Counted from the stretch's first letter, positions 43,654-53,750 are shown. The stretch is DNA of 63,071 nt from Verrucomicrobiales bacterium (GCA_031371425.1 JANMJO010000025.1:1-63071), one strand, 5' to 3'. Translations and numbers: made by a program. Notes: generated from the letters alone by a model not told the origin.

Positions 43654-46600
43654 TCATTTCGGATCGGGGAGATTCTTCAACACCTCCGCCAGTTGCGACT
43701 CGGTGAACGGTTTGTCCAGCCGCGTCGTCACGCCCAGCGTCTTGAACTCTCCGATGATCGTGTCCTCCATGCGCCCGCTGGCCACCACGATGGGGATGTC
43801 CGGCAGCATCCGCCGGAGCGTGCGCACAAACGCCAGCCCGTCCATGTGCGGCATGTGCAGGTCGGTGATGACGGCGCGCAATTCGGTGCGGTGTTGCGCC
43901 GCCTGTATCAGCCCATCCGCGCCGTCGGTGGCGGTCAATGGCTTGAAGTTCAACCGGCGCAGAACTGCGCGCGCCACCTCGCGCACGGCCGGTTCGTCAT
44001 CCACGAACAAAATGGTTTCCCCTTGGCCGCGGAATTCCGCCGCCGTTTTCGTTGCGGGCTTTTGTCCCTCGCCTGCGTGATCGGATGGCAGATACACGGT
44101 GAAGACCGAGCCTTTGCCGGGGTGGGAATAGACCTGCATGAATCCGCCGTGGCCCTTCACGATGCCCATGCAGGTGGAGAGCCCCAGGCCTGTGCCTTTG
44201 TCCGGGCCTTTGGTCGAGAAGAACGGGTCGAATATCCGGTCGAGGACTTCCGGCTCGATGCCCACGCCGTTGTCGGTCACTCGCAACAGGACATAATCAC
44301 CGGCTCTCGCGTTGGGTGCGGTGGCGGTGAAGGCGGCGTCCACCACCACGCGCTGCGCTTCCAGCACCAGTTTGCCGCCGTGGGGCATGGCGTCGCGGGC
44401 GTTGACGCACAGGTTCAGCAGCACTTGGTGCAACTGTGTGCCGTCGCCGTTCACCGTGGAGAGTTTTGGATCGCAGCGGACCACCAGCTCGATGTTTTTG
44501 GGGAAACTGCCTTTCATCAAGACCTCCATTTCCCTGACCAGCCGTGCGGGCTGGAGGGAGATGCGGTCGCCATCCGCGCCTTTCGCAAAGGTCACCAACT
44601 GCCGCACCATGTCCGTGCCGCGCCGTGCGCTGGCCTCGAACATATCTACAATCTTCGATTCCCCCGGATACTGAATGCGCAGCAGCTCCACGCCCATCAT
44701 GATTGGGGCGAGGGCGTTGTTCAGGTCGTGCGCCACGCCGGCTGCCAGCGTGCCGATGCTGTCCAGCCGCTGCGTGCGCAACAACTGCCGCTCCATGTTC
44801 CTCCGCTCGGCGCGGCTTTGGCTGCGTTCCATTTCCATCGCCACGCGCTGGCCTATGACGCGCAAAATTTCCCGGTCTTCCTCCGTGAACTCGCGCGGCT
44901 TCGTGTCCAACAGAGCGGTGACCGCCACCACGCGCCCTTGGCCATCCACAGAAGGCACGCCGCAGTAGGCGGTGGCGTTGTGGTCGCGGAGAAACGCTAC
45001 CTGCGGGAAACGCTCCTGCACTTGCTCGTAAACGCACAAGTTCTTCGTCTGCTCCACCGTCGCGCACGGGGTGATGTCCAGCGGACAACTGCCGGTATCG
45101 CGGAAAATCTCGCCGTTCACGAACACCGCCTTGAATTTCAAATCCTTGCCGACGATCTGTGAGAGGCAGACCACCGGGACTTCAAACAGCACGGCGATCA
45201 TGCTCACGACCTCCTCGAACACCGATTCCGGATCGTCCGAGAGTTTCACGCTCAACTCGGAAAGATGCCGCAGCTTCCGCAGATGCGCGGCGTCCCGCTC
45301 CGCCGCCAGCCGCCGCTCCGTGATGTCGTGCGAAACTCCCAGCAGCCGCGTGGCCTCACCCGCTTCATTGTAGAAAAACATCCCGGAAATAGAGCTCCAC
45401 CGGACCTCGCCGTTGTCCGCACGGACGATGCGGTGTTCCGATACAAACCGGGAATGCATGCGCTGCGCCTCCGCCATTTGCTCCCGGACGCGCGGCATGT
45501 CCGCAGGCAACACCCGCGCGTTCCACATCCCGACCGTGGCCGCTCCATTCGGCGTGGAAGGATAACCCAGTTGTTTGAAGACCGCGTCATTCCATGTGGC
45601 GTTACCCGTCTTTGGGTTCACATCCCACATGCCCAGAGCGGCGACGCGGATGGCGAGGTTGAGGCGCTCCTCGCTCTCCCGCACTTCCAAGGTGCGCAGG
45701 CCCACGAGTCTTTCGAGTCCTATGTTGAAGCTGTGGGTCTCCTCCTCCACACGCCGGCTCTCGGTGATGTCTGTGTTGATTGCGATGTATTGGGCGGGCT
45801 TCCCGTCCTCGCCGAGGAAAGGCACGATGGTCGTATCCACCCAATAGAACGAGCCGTCCTTGGCGTGGTTCTTGATTGCGCCCTTCCACACGCGACCGCT
45901 GGAGATCGTCTCCCACAGCTCGCGGATGAAGGCTTTCGGATGGTGCTTGGAATTGACGATGCGGTGGTCCTGGCCGAGCAGCTCTGCGCGGGAATATTTT
46001 GAAATCGCGCAGAACTTGTCATTCACGTAGGTGATCTTCCCGCTCGCGTCGGTGATGGCCACGATGGCGTGCTCGTCCAGCGCCGCCTTGAAATTCGCCA
46101 GCACCAGCTCCGTGCGTCTGCGCTCGGTGATGTCGCGCGAGACAACCAAAAGTTTCTCCGGCTGGCCGTTCGCGCCCAGAATCGGCGTGATAGTCACCTC
46201 CCACCATTTCGGTGTGCCTTTGGCTGTGGGGCAAAAACCTCGGAACTGCCCACGGCCACCAGCGCGGGCCGCTTCGACCGCAGCGCGGGCGGCCACCTGG
46301 TCATCGCCTTTCCAAAACGGCAGCCACTCGGCATTTTGTAAAACACAGAAATCATCCACCTCCATGAGGCGGCAACCGCCGGGGGTCATGTAGAGCAGCC
46401 GCGCATCCAAGCTCAGGATTTTTAGGCAATCCGGGCTGCTCTCCACAACGCTGCGGTTGTAGGCCTCGCTCGTGCGCAATGCGTGCTGGGCGGCGTGTTC
46501 CTCGGTCACATCGCGGAACACGAGCACCACGCCGATGGTGCGGCCATCGAGATCGCGGATGGGCGCGGCGCTGTCGGCGATGGGCCGCTCCGTGCCGTCG

Positions 46601-47400
46601 CGTGCGACGAGCACGGTGTGGTTGGCCAGCCCGTGGATCTCGCCGGTGGCCAGCACTTCGTCCACCGGGATGACCGCCGGCAGGCGCGTGTCCTCGTTGA
46701 TGATGTGGAAAACCTCGGGCACCAGCCGGCCCTGCGCCTCGGCCTGCGTCCAGCCGGTGAGTTTTTCGGCGACGGCGTTCAGCCGCGTGACGCGCCTCTC
46801 CGCATCGGTGGCCAGCACCGCGTCGCCGATGGATTGGAGTGTGACGGAGAGTTTCTCCTCGCTGCGGCGCAGGGCGAACTCCGCCTGCTTTTGCTCCGTG
46901 ATGTCACGCGCAGTGGCGAAGATGTATCCCCCTCGGTGCGGCATGGCTTTCCATGAGAGCGCGCGCCACGAGCCGTCCTTGTGCTGGTAGCGGTTTTCAA
47001 AATTCAAGACCTTTTCGCCAGCCGCAAGTTTCTCCACCTCCCGCACGGTGGCGGCCTGGTCATCGGGATGCACAAACTCCAGGAACGGCCGCGCCAGTAA
47101 TTCCTCCGCGCTCCAGCCCAGCGTGTGCGTGAAGGCGGAATTGACGCGCTTGAAATAACCGTCCGTGTTGGCAATGCCGAGCATGTCCAGCGAGAGGGCG
47201 AAGAAGTGGTCCAGTTCAGCCTGCACCTGCTGGCGGCGGCGGCACTCGCGCAACACGAGAGCGAACACCGCGAAACTCAAGCCGGTGACGGCTATCGTCA
47301 ACGGGCGATTCTGCTGCCAGCCAAGCCACCCCACGCTGCCCAACAGCGCGAGCGCCACGGCGAACCCGGCAAGATAGGTCTTGTTTGATGTAGGTTTCAT
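43654..47400 (-). CDS. Hybrid sensor histidine kinase / response regulator with multiple PAS domains
   Basis: The ATG at 47400 gives [28 protein letters not shown], followed by two TM segments and at least five PAS/PAC-like units. H-box [15 protein letters not shown], HATPase region GTGLGLSTC, and a C-terminal receiver (ILFVDDEP...[11 protein letters not shown]). Confidence 0.9.
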   Translation of the reverse strand: MKPTSNKTYLAGFAVALALLGSVGWLGWQQNRPLTIAVTGLSFAVFALVLRECRRRQQVQAELDHFFALSLDMLGIANTDGYFKRVNSAFTHTLGWSAEELLARPFLEFVHPDDQAATVREVEKLAAGEKVLNFENRYQHKDGSWRALSWKAMPHRGGYIFATARDITEQKQAEFALRRSEEKLSVTLQSIGDAVLATDAERRVTRLNAVAEKLTGWTQAEAQGRLVPEVFHIINEDTRLPAVIPVDEVLATGEIHGLANHTVLVARDGTERPIADSAAPIRDLDGRTIGVVLVFRDVTEEHAAQHALRTSEAYNRSVVESSPDCLKILSLDARLLYMTPGGCRLMEVDDFCVLQNAEWLPFWKGDDQVAARAAVEAARAGGRGQFRGFCPTAKGTPKWWEVTITPILGANGQPEKLLVVSRDITERRRTELVLANFKAALDEHAIVAITDASGKITYVNDKFCAISKYSRAELLGQDHRIVNSKHHPKAFIRELWETISSGRVWKGAIKNHAKDGSFYWVDTTIVPFLGEDGKPAQYIAINTDITESRRVEEETHSFNIGLERLVGLRTLEVRESEERLNLAIRVAALGMWDVNPKTGNATWNDAVFKQLGYPSTPNGAATVGMWNARVLPADMPRVREQMAEAQRMHSRFVSEHRIVRADNGEVRWSSISGMFFYNEAGEATRLLGVSHDITERRLAAERDAAHLRKLRHLSELSVKLSDDPESVFEEVVSMIAVLFEVPVVCLSQIVGKDLKFKAVFVNGEIFRDTGSCPLDITPCATVEQTKNLCVYEQVQERFPQVAFLRDHNATAYCGVPSVDGQGRVVAVTALLDTKPREFTEEDREILRVIGQRVAMEMERSQSRAERRNMERQLLRTQRLDSIGTLAAGVAHDLNNALAPIMMGVELLRIQYPGESKIVDMFEASARRGTDMVRQLVTFAKGADGDRISLQPARLVREMEVLMKGSFPKNIELVVRCDPKLSTVNGDGTQLHQVLLNLCVNARDAMPHGGKLVLEAQRVVVDAAFTATAPNARAGDYVLLRVTDNGVGIEPEVLDRIFDPFFSTKGPDKGTGLGLSTCMGIVKGHGGFMQVYSHPGKGSVFTVYLPSDHAGEGQKPATKTAAEFRGQGETILFVDDEPAVREVARAVLRRLNFKPLTATDGADGLIQAAQHRTELRAVITDLHMPHMDGLAFVRTLRRMLPDIPIVVASGRMEDTIIGEFKTLGVTTRLDKPFTESQLAEVLKNLPDPK

Positions 47401-47460
47401 TTGCGCTTCTCGGTGAATCTCAAGTTCGATCCTGCGGCCCGGAGACCGGCGTTTGGTTTG

Positions 47461-48396
47461 ATGGATTACACGGTGGCTCAACACAACGACAACCTCAAGT
47501 GCAAGTTGAAATCAGCCGACGGCGACCGCCTTCGCTGCTTGCCCACGCGCCGCAAGCTGTGGCTTAATCCGGCTGTGAACGCCGCCTCCGCCAAAATCCA
47601 ACGGCTCTCAAACCTCCGCCCCACCCTCGCCATCATCCTCGGCAGCGGCTTCAACCACCTCCTCAATCTGCTCGCCGTGGACGCCGCGATTCCCTACGCC
47701 AAACTCCCCGGCTTTCCCAAACCCGGCGTCGCCGGGCACGATGGCAAACTCGCCATCGGCAAACTCGGCGGCACACCCGCCATCGTATTGAGCGGGCGCG
47801 CGCATTTCTACGAGGGACATTCCATGGAACGCGTCACCTTCGCCGTGCGCACGCTGGCGGCCTGCGGCATCACCGATCTGTTGCTGACGAACGCGGCGGG
47901 CGGCCTCAATCAGAAATTCCGCGTCGGCGATTTCATGGCGCTCACCGACCACATCAATCTCATGGGAGCAAACCCGCTGCGGCCACTGCGTGGCGGCCAC
48001 CGGGAAAAACTGCCGTGCTTCGTGGACTTGACGCAGGTTTACGACGCACAACTCGCCGCGTTGCTCGCAGCGGCGGCGCGGGCGGGAAAAATTAAACTGC
48101 AACGCGGCGTCTATCTCGCCGTCAGCGGGCCGAGCTACGAGACCCCGGCGGAGATCCGCGCGTTCGCCCGGCTCGGCGCGGACGCCGTGGGCATGAGCAC
48201 CGTGCCAGAAGCCATCGTCGCGCGGCAATGCGGCCTGCGCGTGGCGGCGCTCTCGTGCATCACCAACCTCGCGGCGGGCATCAGCCAAGGCCCGCTCTCG
48301 CACGCGGAAGTTTTGGCGACAGCGGACAAGGTGAAGCCGCAGGCTGCTCAACTGTTGAAACACTTCGCCAAACTTTACGGAAAGAGCCACAGATAA
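47461..48396 (+). CDS. Purine nucleoside phosphorylase (PNP family 2, PunA/MTAP-like)
   Basis: AIILGSGFN, GHDGKLAIGKLGGTPAIVLSGRAHFYEG, LLLTNAAGGL, GPSYETPAEIR and GADAVGMSTVPE. The track start at 47401 abuts the divergent kinase start, so the ATG at 47461 (or GTG at 47575) is more plausible. Confidence 0.85.
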   Translation: MDYTVAQHNDNLKCKLKSADGDRLRCLPTRRKLWLNPAVNAASAKIQRLSNLRPTLAIILGSGFNHLLNLLAVDAAIPYAKLPGFPKPGVAGHDGKLAIGKLGGTPAIVLSGRAHFYEGHSMERVTFAVRTLAACGITDLLLTNAAGGLNQKFRVGDFMALTDHINLMGANPLRPLRGGHREKLPCFVDLTQVYDAQLAALLAAAARAGKIKLQRGVYLAVSGPSYETPAEIRAFARLGADAVGMSTVPEAIVARQCGLRVAALSCITNLAAGISQGPLSHAEVLATADKVKPQAAQLLKHFAKLYGKSHR

Positions 48397-48455
48397 ACAC
48401 AGATGGACACAGATAAAAAATCCCCATCTGTGTTTCATCTGTGTTTATCTGTGGC
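48386..48455. repeat. CACAGATGAA-family hairpin between the PNP gene and cdd; terminator-like
   Basis: gccacagataaacacagatg (48386-48405) pairs with catctgtgtttatctgtggc (48436-48455), and an inner acacagat/atctgtgt pair is also present. The PNP stop codon lies inside the stem. Confidence 0.75.
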
Positions 48456-48464
48456 TAAATAAAA

Positions 48465-48860
48465 ATGAAAATCACTTCCCAGAAACTCATCGCCGCCGCC
48501 GCCGCCGCCCGCGAACGCGCCGTCGCGCCGTATTCCAAATTCAAGGTCGGTGCGGCACTGCTCACCGCGAGCGGCGAAGTCATCACCGGCGCGAACGTGG
48601 AGAGCGTGAGCTACGGCCTCACCTGCTGCGCCGAACGCGTGGCGCTTTTCAAGGCGCTGACGGATGGACGGAAAGACTTCACCGCCATCGCCGTCGTGGC
48701 GAGGTTGGACGGCGGGGCGATGCCTTGCGGCGCGTGCCGGCAACTCCTCGCCGAATACGCGCCCTCCGCGAAAGTCTTCGTGGCTGATAGTGCGCGGCTG
48801 AAAACCATCCGCATCTTCCGGGTGAAAGCTCTGCTGCCGGGCGCGTTCAAGAAGTTTTGA
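48465..48860 (+). CDS. cdd: Cytidine deaminase
   Basis: The zinc motifs CAERVA and PCGACRQ occur at the expected spacing, and the 131-aa size fits the homotetrameric type. Confidence 0.9.
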   Translation: MKITSQKLIAAAAAARERAVAPYSKFKVGAALLTASGEVITGANVESVSYGLTCCAERVALFKALTDGRKDFTAIAVVARLDGGAMPCGACRQLLAEYAPSAKVFVADSARLKTIRIFRVKALLPGAFKKF

Positions 48861-48894
48861 GTTCGGAGCTGGTCGGGCTGGCTTGGGGAAGGTT

Positions 48895-49250
48895 CATCCG
48901 CGAATTGCGCGAATTTCCGCGAATTATTTTTGAGGTAGGGACATCGCGCTGCGATGTCTCCGCCCGCAGCGGAGCGAAGGGCGGAAAGGGCGGGGACAGC
49001 TTCTTACGCGCGACATCGCCACGAACCGTTGAAACTTTTCTGTGCGCCCGGGTTTTCCGCGAGGGCGCGGAAAACTGCGCCCGGGGCGGGCGCGCTCCCC
49101 TTTCGCTTCGGAGTTCGGGGTTGATTGCGTTCGATTCTGTCACGACTCCGAGTCGGAACGGGGACGGCGCGGCGCGCCATCCCTACCATTGTTGGCAAAA
49201 TAGAGTTCCAAAAAGAATTCGCGGAAATTCGCGGAATTCGCGGATTGTTC
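48895..49250. repeat. Composite intergenic repeat block bounded by inverted gaattcgcgg arrays
   Basis: ccgcgaattgcgcgaatttccgcgaatt (near 48897-48925) faces gaattcgcggaaattcgcggaattcgcgg (near 49215-49245). Inside are the ggacatcgcgctgcgatgtc hairpin (48940-48960) and the 52-bp copy 49040-49091, identical to 1869-1920. Confidence 0.75.
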
Positions 49251-49254
49251 CGGT

Positions 49255-49791
49255 TCATTCCACGACGAGGAGGCAGTCGGGCTGGCTGGCTTCGGCGCGG
49301 AAGCATTGGCGGAGGTAGGCGAGGATCTGTTCTTCGAGATGGCGGCAGCGCGGACTCCAGCGGCGCGAGCCGGCGAGTTGTTTGACGCAGCCGCGCAGGC
49401 CGCGGAAGCGGACTTGGCGCGGCGATTCGCGGAGCTGGGCGCGGAGTTCATCGCGGAGGCGCGGGAAGAAGAAGAGTTCGTTCGTGCCGGATTCGACGGC
49501 GAGGTGGCGGAGGTCGGCTTCGGGAATTTCTGCGGCGCGGGTCACGGTGAGGCCGAAGCCGCGCAGGACATTTTCCAGCGCTTGCGAAAATTCTCCGACG
49601 GTGACGGTGTCGCGGGCGAGTTCGCTTTTGAAATAGTGGAACACGGCAGCGGCGGCGTCCTGCACGAATTCGGGGCTGAGGGAGCGGGAGACATCGCCGA
49701 TGAGTTCGATGGAGATGGCTTCGGCGGAGAGCGGGATGCTTTCGCCGTCGGCAAGCTGGAAGAGGAGGCAGTCGGAGGAGAGAAGAATCAT
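49255..49791 (-). CDS. Hypothetical 178-aa protein translationally coupled to nrdR
   Basis: The ATG at 49791 overlaps the nrdR stop (ATGA). The ORF is clean, and I recognise no motif. Confidence 0.6.
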   Translation of the reverse strand: MILLSSDCLLFQLADGESIPLSAEAISIELIGDVSRSLSPEFVQDAAAAVFHYFKSELARDTVTVGEFSQALENVLRGFGLTVTRAAEIPEADLRHLAVESGTNELFFFPRLRDELRAQLRESPRQVRFRGLRGCVKQLAGSRRWSPRCRHLEEQILAYLRQCFRAEASQPDCLLVVE

Positions 49792-50243
49792 TTATCGGCC
49801 TCCATTTTTTTGATTTCGTGCACGAAGTCGGTGGCTTCCTGGAAGCGGCGATAGACGCTGGCGAAGCGGACGTAGGCGACTTCGTCGAGTTCGCGGAGTT
49901 CGGCCATGACGCGTTCGCCGATGGCGGTGCCGGGGACTTCGCTTTCGTATTTGTTGGTGAGGTCGTTGACGATGCGGTCGAGGACGTCTTCGATGGCCTG
50001 CGGGCTGATGGGGCGTTTCTGGCAGGCTTTCTTGAGGCCGTGGAAAAGTTTTTCACGCGAGAATTCTTCGCGGCGGCCGTCGCGTTTGACGACCATGAGG
50101 CCTTCGTGCTCGATCTCCTCGTAGGTGGTGAAGCGGTGGCCGCACTTGAGGCACTCGCGGCGACGGCGGATGGTCGCGCCTTCACGCGAGGCGCGGGAAT
50201 CAATCACCTTATCGTCTATACTGCGGCATTTGGGACAAAGCAT
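49788..50243 (-). CDS. nrdR: Transcriptional repressor NrdR
   Basis: MLCPKCRSIDDKVIDSRASREGATIRRRRECLKCGHRFTTYEEIE is the zinc ribbon; an ATP-cone follows. Confidence 0.95.
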   Translation of the reverse strand: MLCPKCRSIDDKVIDSRASREGATIRRRRECLKCGHRFTTYEEIEHEGLMVVKRDGRREEFSREKLFHGLKKACQKRPISPQAIEDVLDRIVNDLTNKYESEVPGTAIGERVMAELRELDEVAYVRFASVYRRFQEATDFVHEIKKMEADK

Positions 50244-50368
50244 AAGCGACCACTGCTAATTGTGGCCGGGTCTTTGGTAGCATACAAAATATTGCGGCGT
50301 CAAGCGGGCGGGCGAGATTCTTATTCACAGGGAGGGACGAATTGTCATAGGCAGCGGGAGCTTCTTTT

Positions 50369-50446
50369 TCCTAATCCTAATCGTAATCCTAATCCTAATC
50401 GGCCGGTTTTTGTGAGGAGGATTACGATTAAGATTAGGATTAAGAT
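50369..50446. repeat. Hexamer-built hairpin (cctaatcctaatcgtaatcc... / ...ggattacgattaagattagg) downstream of the MBL hydrolase gene
   Basis: Imperfect inverted repeat read directly. It belongs to the same aatcct/aatcgt family as the outer arms of the 43388-43603 element. Confidence 0.7.
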
Positions 50447-50455
50447 TATGAGCGG

Positions 50456-51388
50456 TTAAAAAACTTCCGGCACGCCTTCTTCCATGATCTTGAGATGATG
50501 GGCGAGGCCTTCTTTGTGAACTAACTCGGTGAGCCAGCGCGGCGGCTCGTCCATGTCCTCGAAGGAGAGTTTGAAGGTGCCGTAGTGCATCGGCACGAGC
50601 CAGCGGGCGCGGAGATCTTTGAAGGCCTTGACGGCCTCGTCCGGCCCCATGTGGACTTCGCGGAAGGCTTCGGGTTGATACGCGCCGATGGGAAGCAGCG
50701 CGATTTCCGGCGCGAGTTTTTTGCCGATGAGCTTGAAGCCCTCGAAGTAGGCGCTGTCGCCGCAGTGGTAGATTTTCCGGCCCTGATGTTCCAGCACGAA
50801 GCCGCCGTAGCCGCGGTGGCTATCGCGGAGGGTGCGTGCGCCCCAGTGCTTGCTGGGGGTGAACGTGACGCGCCAGTCTTTCTGCGCGAAGCTCTCCCAC
50901 CATTCGAGCTCGATGATGCGGTCGAAGCCGAGGCCGCGGGCGAGGTTGCCCACGCCCCACGGCATGACGCCGATCTTGGGATGGGGCAGTTTGCGGAGCG
51001 TGGGTTTGTGGAAATGGTCGTAGTGCGCGTGTGTGAGCAGCACGAGATCAATCGGCGGCAAATCCTCAATGCGCAACCCGGCGCGCTTCACGCGCTTGAG
51101 GAGGAAGAGCCAGTTGGCGAAGTTCGGGTCCACGAGCACGTTGAGGTCGGTGAACTGGATGAGGAACGACGCGTGGCCGATCCAGGTGATGGCGACTTCG
51201 CCGAGTTTCAACTTGGGAAATTCCGGGCGTTGGTGTTGCCCGGCGCGTTTGGTGAGGAGGGCTTTCCAGACCATCTCGTGGAAGAACGTGCGGGGGTTGA
51301 AGGATTTTGTGGGCGTCAAATCCTTGAACGAGCGCGGGAGTTTCCGCCGGGCGGCTGGGGCGGGGCGCTTGGAGGTTGGTTTTCTCAT
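50456..51388 (-). CDS. MBL-fold metallo-hydrolase
   Basis: ITWIGHASFLIQF, LLTHAHYDH (HxHxDH) and a downstream CGDSAYF region. Confidence 0.85.
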   Translation of the reverse strand: MRKPTSKRPAPAARRKLPRSFKDLTPTKSFNPRTFFHEMVWKALLTKRAGQHQRPEFPKLKLGEVAITWIGHASFLIQFTDLNVLVDPNFANWLFLLKRVKRAGLRIEDLPPIDLVLLTHAHYDHFHKPTLRKLPHPKIGVMPWGVGNLARGLGFDRIIELEWWESFAQKDWRVTFTPSKHWGARTLRDSHRGYGGFVLEHQGRKIYHCGDSAYFEGFKLIGKKLAPEIALLPIGAYQPEAFREVHMGPDEAVKAFKDLRARWLVPMHYGTFKLSFEDMDEPPRWLTELVHKEGLAHHLKIMEEGVPEVF

Positions 51389-51494
51389 AACGGCCTGATG
51401 CGGCCAAGGCTAAGTCGCACTTGAATAAATTACAACCCATCCCGTCGAAACTGATGTCGGCGAAAACAACCAACAACCAAACATCGGAGACTTT

Positions 51495-51872
51495 ATGAAC
51501 AAGATCATCACAACAGCAGGCTTGGCGGTGGCATTGATCGGCGCTCGCGTGCAGACGGCAGAAGCTCGCGGCGGCGATTGCGCGGTGGGCGCGGTGCTTG
51601 GCGGCATCGTTGTTGGTGCGATTATCGCCGACGCCTTCCATCCGCACACGACGTATTACAGCGCGCCGAGCTATTGCCCGCCGCCCGAGCCGGTGTATTA
51701 CCAGCCGTGCTATCCGCCCGCCCGCGTCGTCTATGCCGCGCCTGCGCCGGTTTATTATTACAGCCAGCCCGCGCCGGTGGTCGTCTATCGCGAACCGGCG
51801 GTGCGCTTCGGGTTCGGCTACGTCCGCCCGTGGGGTCATGGACACGGATACGGATACGGCCATTGCCGGTAA
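51495..51872 (+). CDS. Small secreted Pro/Tyr/Gly-His-rich protein
   Basis: Signal peptide MNKIITTAGLAVALIGARVQTAEA, a low-complexity YY/PP body and a GHGHGYGYGHCR tail. A canonical terminator follows it. Confidence 0.55.
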   Translation: MNKIITTAGLAVALIGARVQTAEARGGDCAVGAVLGGIVVGAIIADAFHPHTTYYSAPSYCPPPEPVYYQPCYPPARVVYAAPAPVYYYSQPAPVVVYREPAVRFGFGYVRPWGHGHGYGYGHCR

Positions 51873-51898
51873 GCGGCGAAGCAGTTGATGGATTCCCA

Positions 51899-51931
51899 CC
51901 CACCCGGCGCGCGCCGGGTGGGTTTTTTATT
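51899..51931 (+). terminator. Rho-independent terminator
   Basis: cccacccggcgc/gcgccgggtggg forms a perfect 12-bp GC-rich palindromic stem (51899-51922), followed by TTTTTTATTTT. It lies 27 nt after the stop at 51872. Confidence 0.85.
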
Positions 51932-51963
51932 TTCAACCACACCGAATCGTGTATCACTCCGCC

Positions 51964-52518
51964 ATGAGCAAACTCGAACCGCAACTTCATAAATTTCTCC
52001 GCCGCCAACCCCGCCTCGGCAAGGGCGTCTATCTCGCCAAGACCGCCGTCGTCCTCGGCGACGTCTCGCTCGGTGCGCATTCGAGCGTGTGGTATGGCGC
52101 GGTGCTGCGCGGCGACATCAACCGCATCGTCGTCGGCCACCACTCCAACGTGCAGGACAACGCCGTGCTGCATCTCGCCGATAACTTCGCGTGCCGCGTC
52201 GGCAACTGGGTGACCATCGGCCACTCCGCCATCGTCCACGCCTGCACCGTGGGCGACGAATGTCTCATCGGCATGGGCGCGGTCATCCTCGACGGCGCGG
52301 TCATCGGCAAGCAATCCATCATCGGCGCGAAGGCGCTCGTGACGCAGGGGATGAAGATTCCGCCCGGCTCGCTCGTGCTCGGCTCGCCCGCGAAGGTGGT
52401 GCGGAAACTTTCCCCCGCCGAACGCAAGCATCTGAAATGGTGGGCGCAGAAGTATGTGGACAACGGCGCGTATTGTCTGAAGCACCAGCTCAACGTCGGC
52501 GCGCCGCTGGCGACTTGA
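51964..52518 (+). CDS. Gamma-carbonic-anhydrase-like hexapeptide-repeat protein (YrdA/PaaY family)
   Basis: VVLGDVSLGAHSSVWYGAVLRGDINRIVVGHHSNVQDNAVLH, with the conserved His pattern. The ATG at 51964 is preferred over the GTG at 51949. Confidence 0.85.
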   Translation: MSKLEPQLHKFLRRQPRLGKGVYLAKTAVVLGDVSLGAHSSVWYGAVLRGDINRIVVGHHSNVQDNAVLHLADNFACRVGNWVTIGHSAIVHACTVGDECLIGMGAVILDGAVIGKQSIIGAKALVTQGMKIPPGSLVLGSPAKVVRKLSPAERKHLKWWAQKYVDNGAYCLKHQLNVGAPLAT

Positions 52519-52523
52519 TTTTA

Positions 52524-52601
52524 AGCCACAGATGAACACAGATGAAACGCAGATAAGACAAACAGAAATCATCTGTGTTTCATCTGTGAAAATCTGTGGC
52601 T
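52524..52601. repeat. CACAGATGAA-family hairpin between convergent genes (gamma-CA-like and prfB); likely bidirectional terminator
   Basis: agccacagatgaacacagatgaaac (52524-52548) pairs imperfectly with gtttcatctgtgaaaatctgtggct (52577-52601). It starts 6 nt after one stop and ends 2 nt before the other. Confidence 0.75.
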
Positions 52602-52603
52602 GA

Positions 52604-53750
52604 TTATTCTTCCTCGTCTTTAATTCCTTGGATGCGCTTGAGCGGGCAGCCGGCGCGCAGCCAGCCGTTCACGAACGGATCGAGCGCGCCATCCATCACG
52701 GCCTGCACGTCGCTCGTCTCCACGCCCGTCCGCAAATCTTTCACCATGCGATACGGCTGGAAAACGTAGCTGCGAATCTGGTTGCCCCACGACACGCTGC
52801 CCTTGTCGCCGTAGAACCGTTCCATCTCCGCCTTGGCGGCGTCCACGCGCTGCGCGAAAATCCGCGAGAGCAGGAGGTTCATCGCCGTGGCGCGGTTCTG
52901 GTGCTGCGAGCGTTGCGCCTGCGACGCGACGACGAGGCCGGTGGGGATGTGCGTGATGCGCACGGCGGTCTCGACCTTGTTCACGTTCTGCCCGCCTTTG
53001 CCGCCGGAACGGAAGGTGTCCACCCGGAATTCGCCGGGCGGAACGACGATTTCCCCGTCGCTCTCCTCAATTTCCGCGATGGTGTCCACGCTGGCAAAGC
53101 TGGTGTGGCGGCGCTTGTTGGAATCGAACGGCGAGATGCGCACGAGGCGATGCACACCGCGCTCGGCCTTGCAGAAGCCGTAGGCGTTCTCGCCCTTGAT
53201 GAGCATGGTCACGCTTTTGAGGCCGGCGGTTTCGCCGGTGAGCGCGTCGGTGACTTCGACTTCCCAGCCGCGCAATTCCGCCCAGCGCGTATACATGCGC
53301 GAGAGCATCTCCGCCCAGTCCTGGGATTCTGTGCCGCCCGCGCCGGAATTGATGGTGAAGATGCAATTCTTCTTGTCGTGCGGGCCGGTGAGGAAGACGC
53401 GCAGCTCGGTGGCTTCGAGTTCCTTGAAAAATTTCGCGAGGTCGCGAGTGAGTTCTGCGTCAATCTGCGCCTGGGATGCGGGAGGTTCGGTCTCGCCAAG
53501 CTCCACCATCACGCGGAAATCCTCGAGCTGCTTCTCGGCTTTGAGCAGCGGCTCGACTTTATTGCGGAGGGTGTTGGCTTCGTCGATGACTTTCTGGGCC
53601 GCCTCGCGGTTGTTCCAGAAATTATCGGCGGTCATCAGGGCCGTGATTTCGCCCTGACGTTTTTGCGCGTTGGCGACGTCAAAGAAACCTCCGCAGGTGG
53701 GTGAGTTTCTGCGCGGCGGTTTCCAACTGGGCTGTGACGACTTCGAACAT
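52604..53750 (-). CDS. prfB: Peptide chain release factor 2, expressed through a programmed +1 frameshift: join(53750..53682, 53680..52604) on the minus strand
   Basis: Frame 0 from the ATG at 53750 reads MFEVVTAQLETAAQKLTHLRRFL then TGA. The +1 frame continues DVANAQKRQGEITALMTADNFWNNREAAQ... through the SPF and GGQ (SGGKGGQNVNKVETAVR) motifs. The track ORF N-terminus (MEFRVYAV...) is repeat-derived read-through. Confidence 0.9.
53678..53692 (-). promoter_or_regulatory. RF2 autoregulatory +1 frameshift cassette: GGAGG-UUU-CUU-UGA-C
   Basis: Minus strand reads ggaggtttctttgac. An SD-like GGAGG lies 3 nt upstream of the slippery CUU and the in-frame UGA followed by C. This is the same architecture as the E. 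coli prfB site. Confidence 0.85.

Noticed and set aside
47401-47460. Track start of the PNP ORF at 47401
   Set aside because: It would leave no intergenic space with the divergent histidine kinase start at 47400. The first 20 residues also lack similarity to PNP N-termini, so a later start is more plausible.
51066-52572. Minus-strand ORFs 51066-51899 (277 aa) and 51622-52572 (316 aa)
   Set aside because: They overlap the MBL hydrolase gene (out of frame, same strand), the small secreted protein gene and the gamma-CA-like gene. They have an Arg-rich composition and no motifs.
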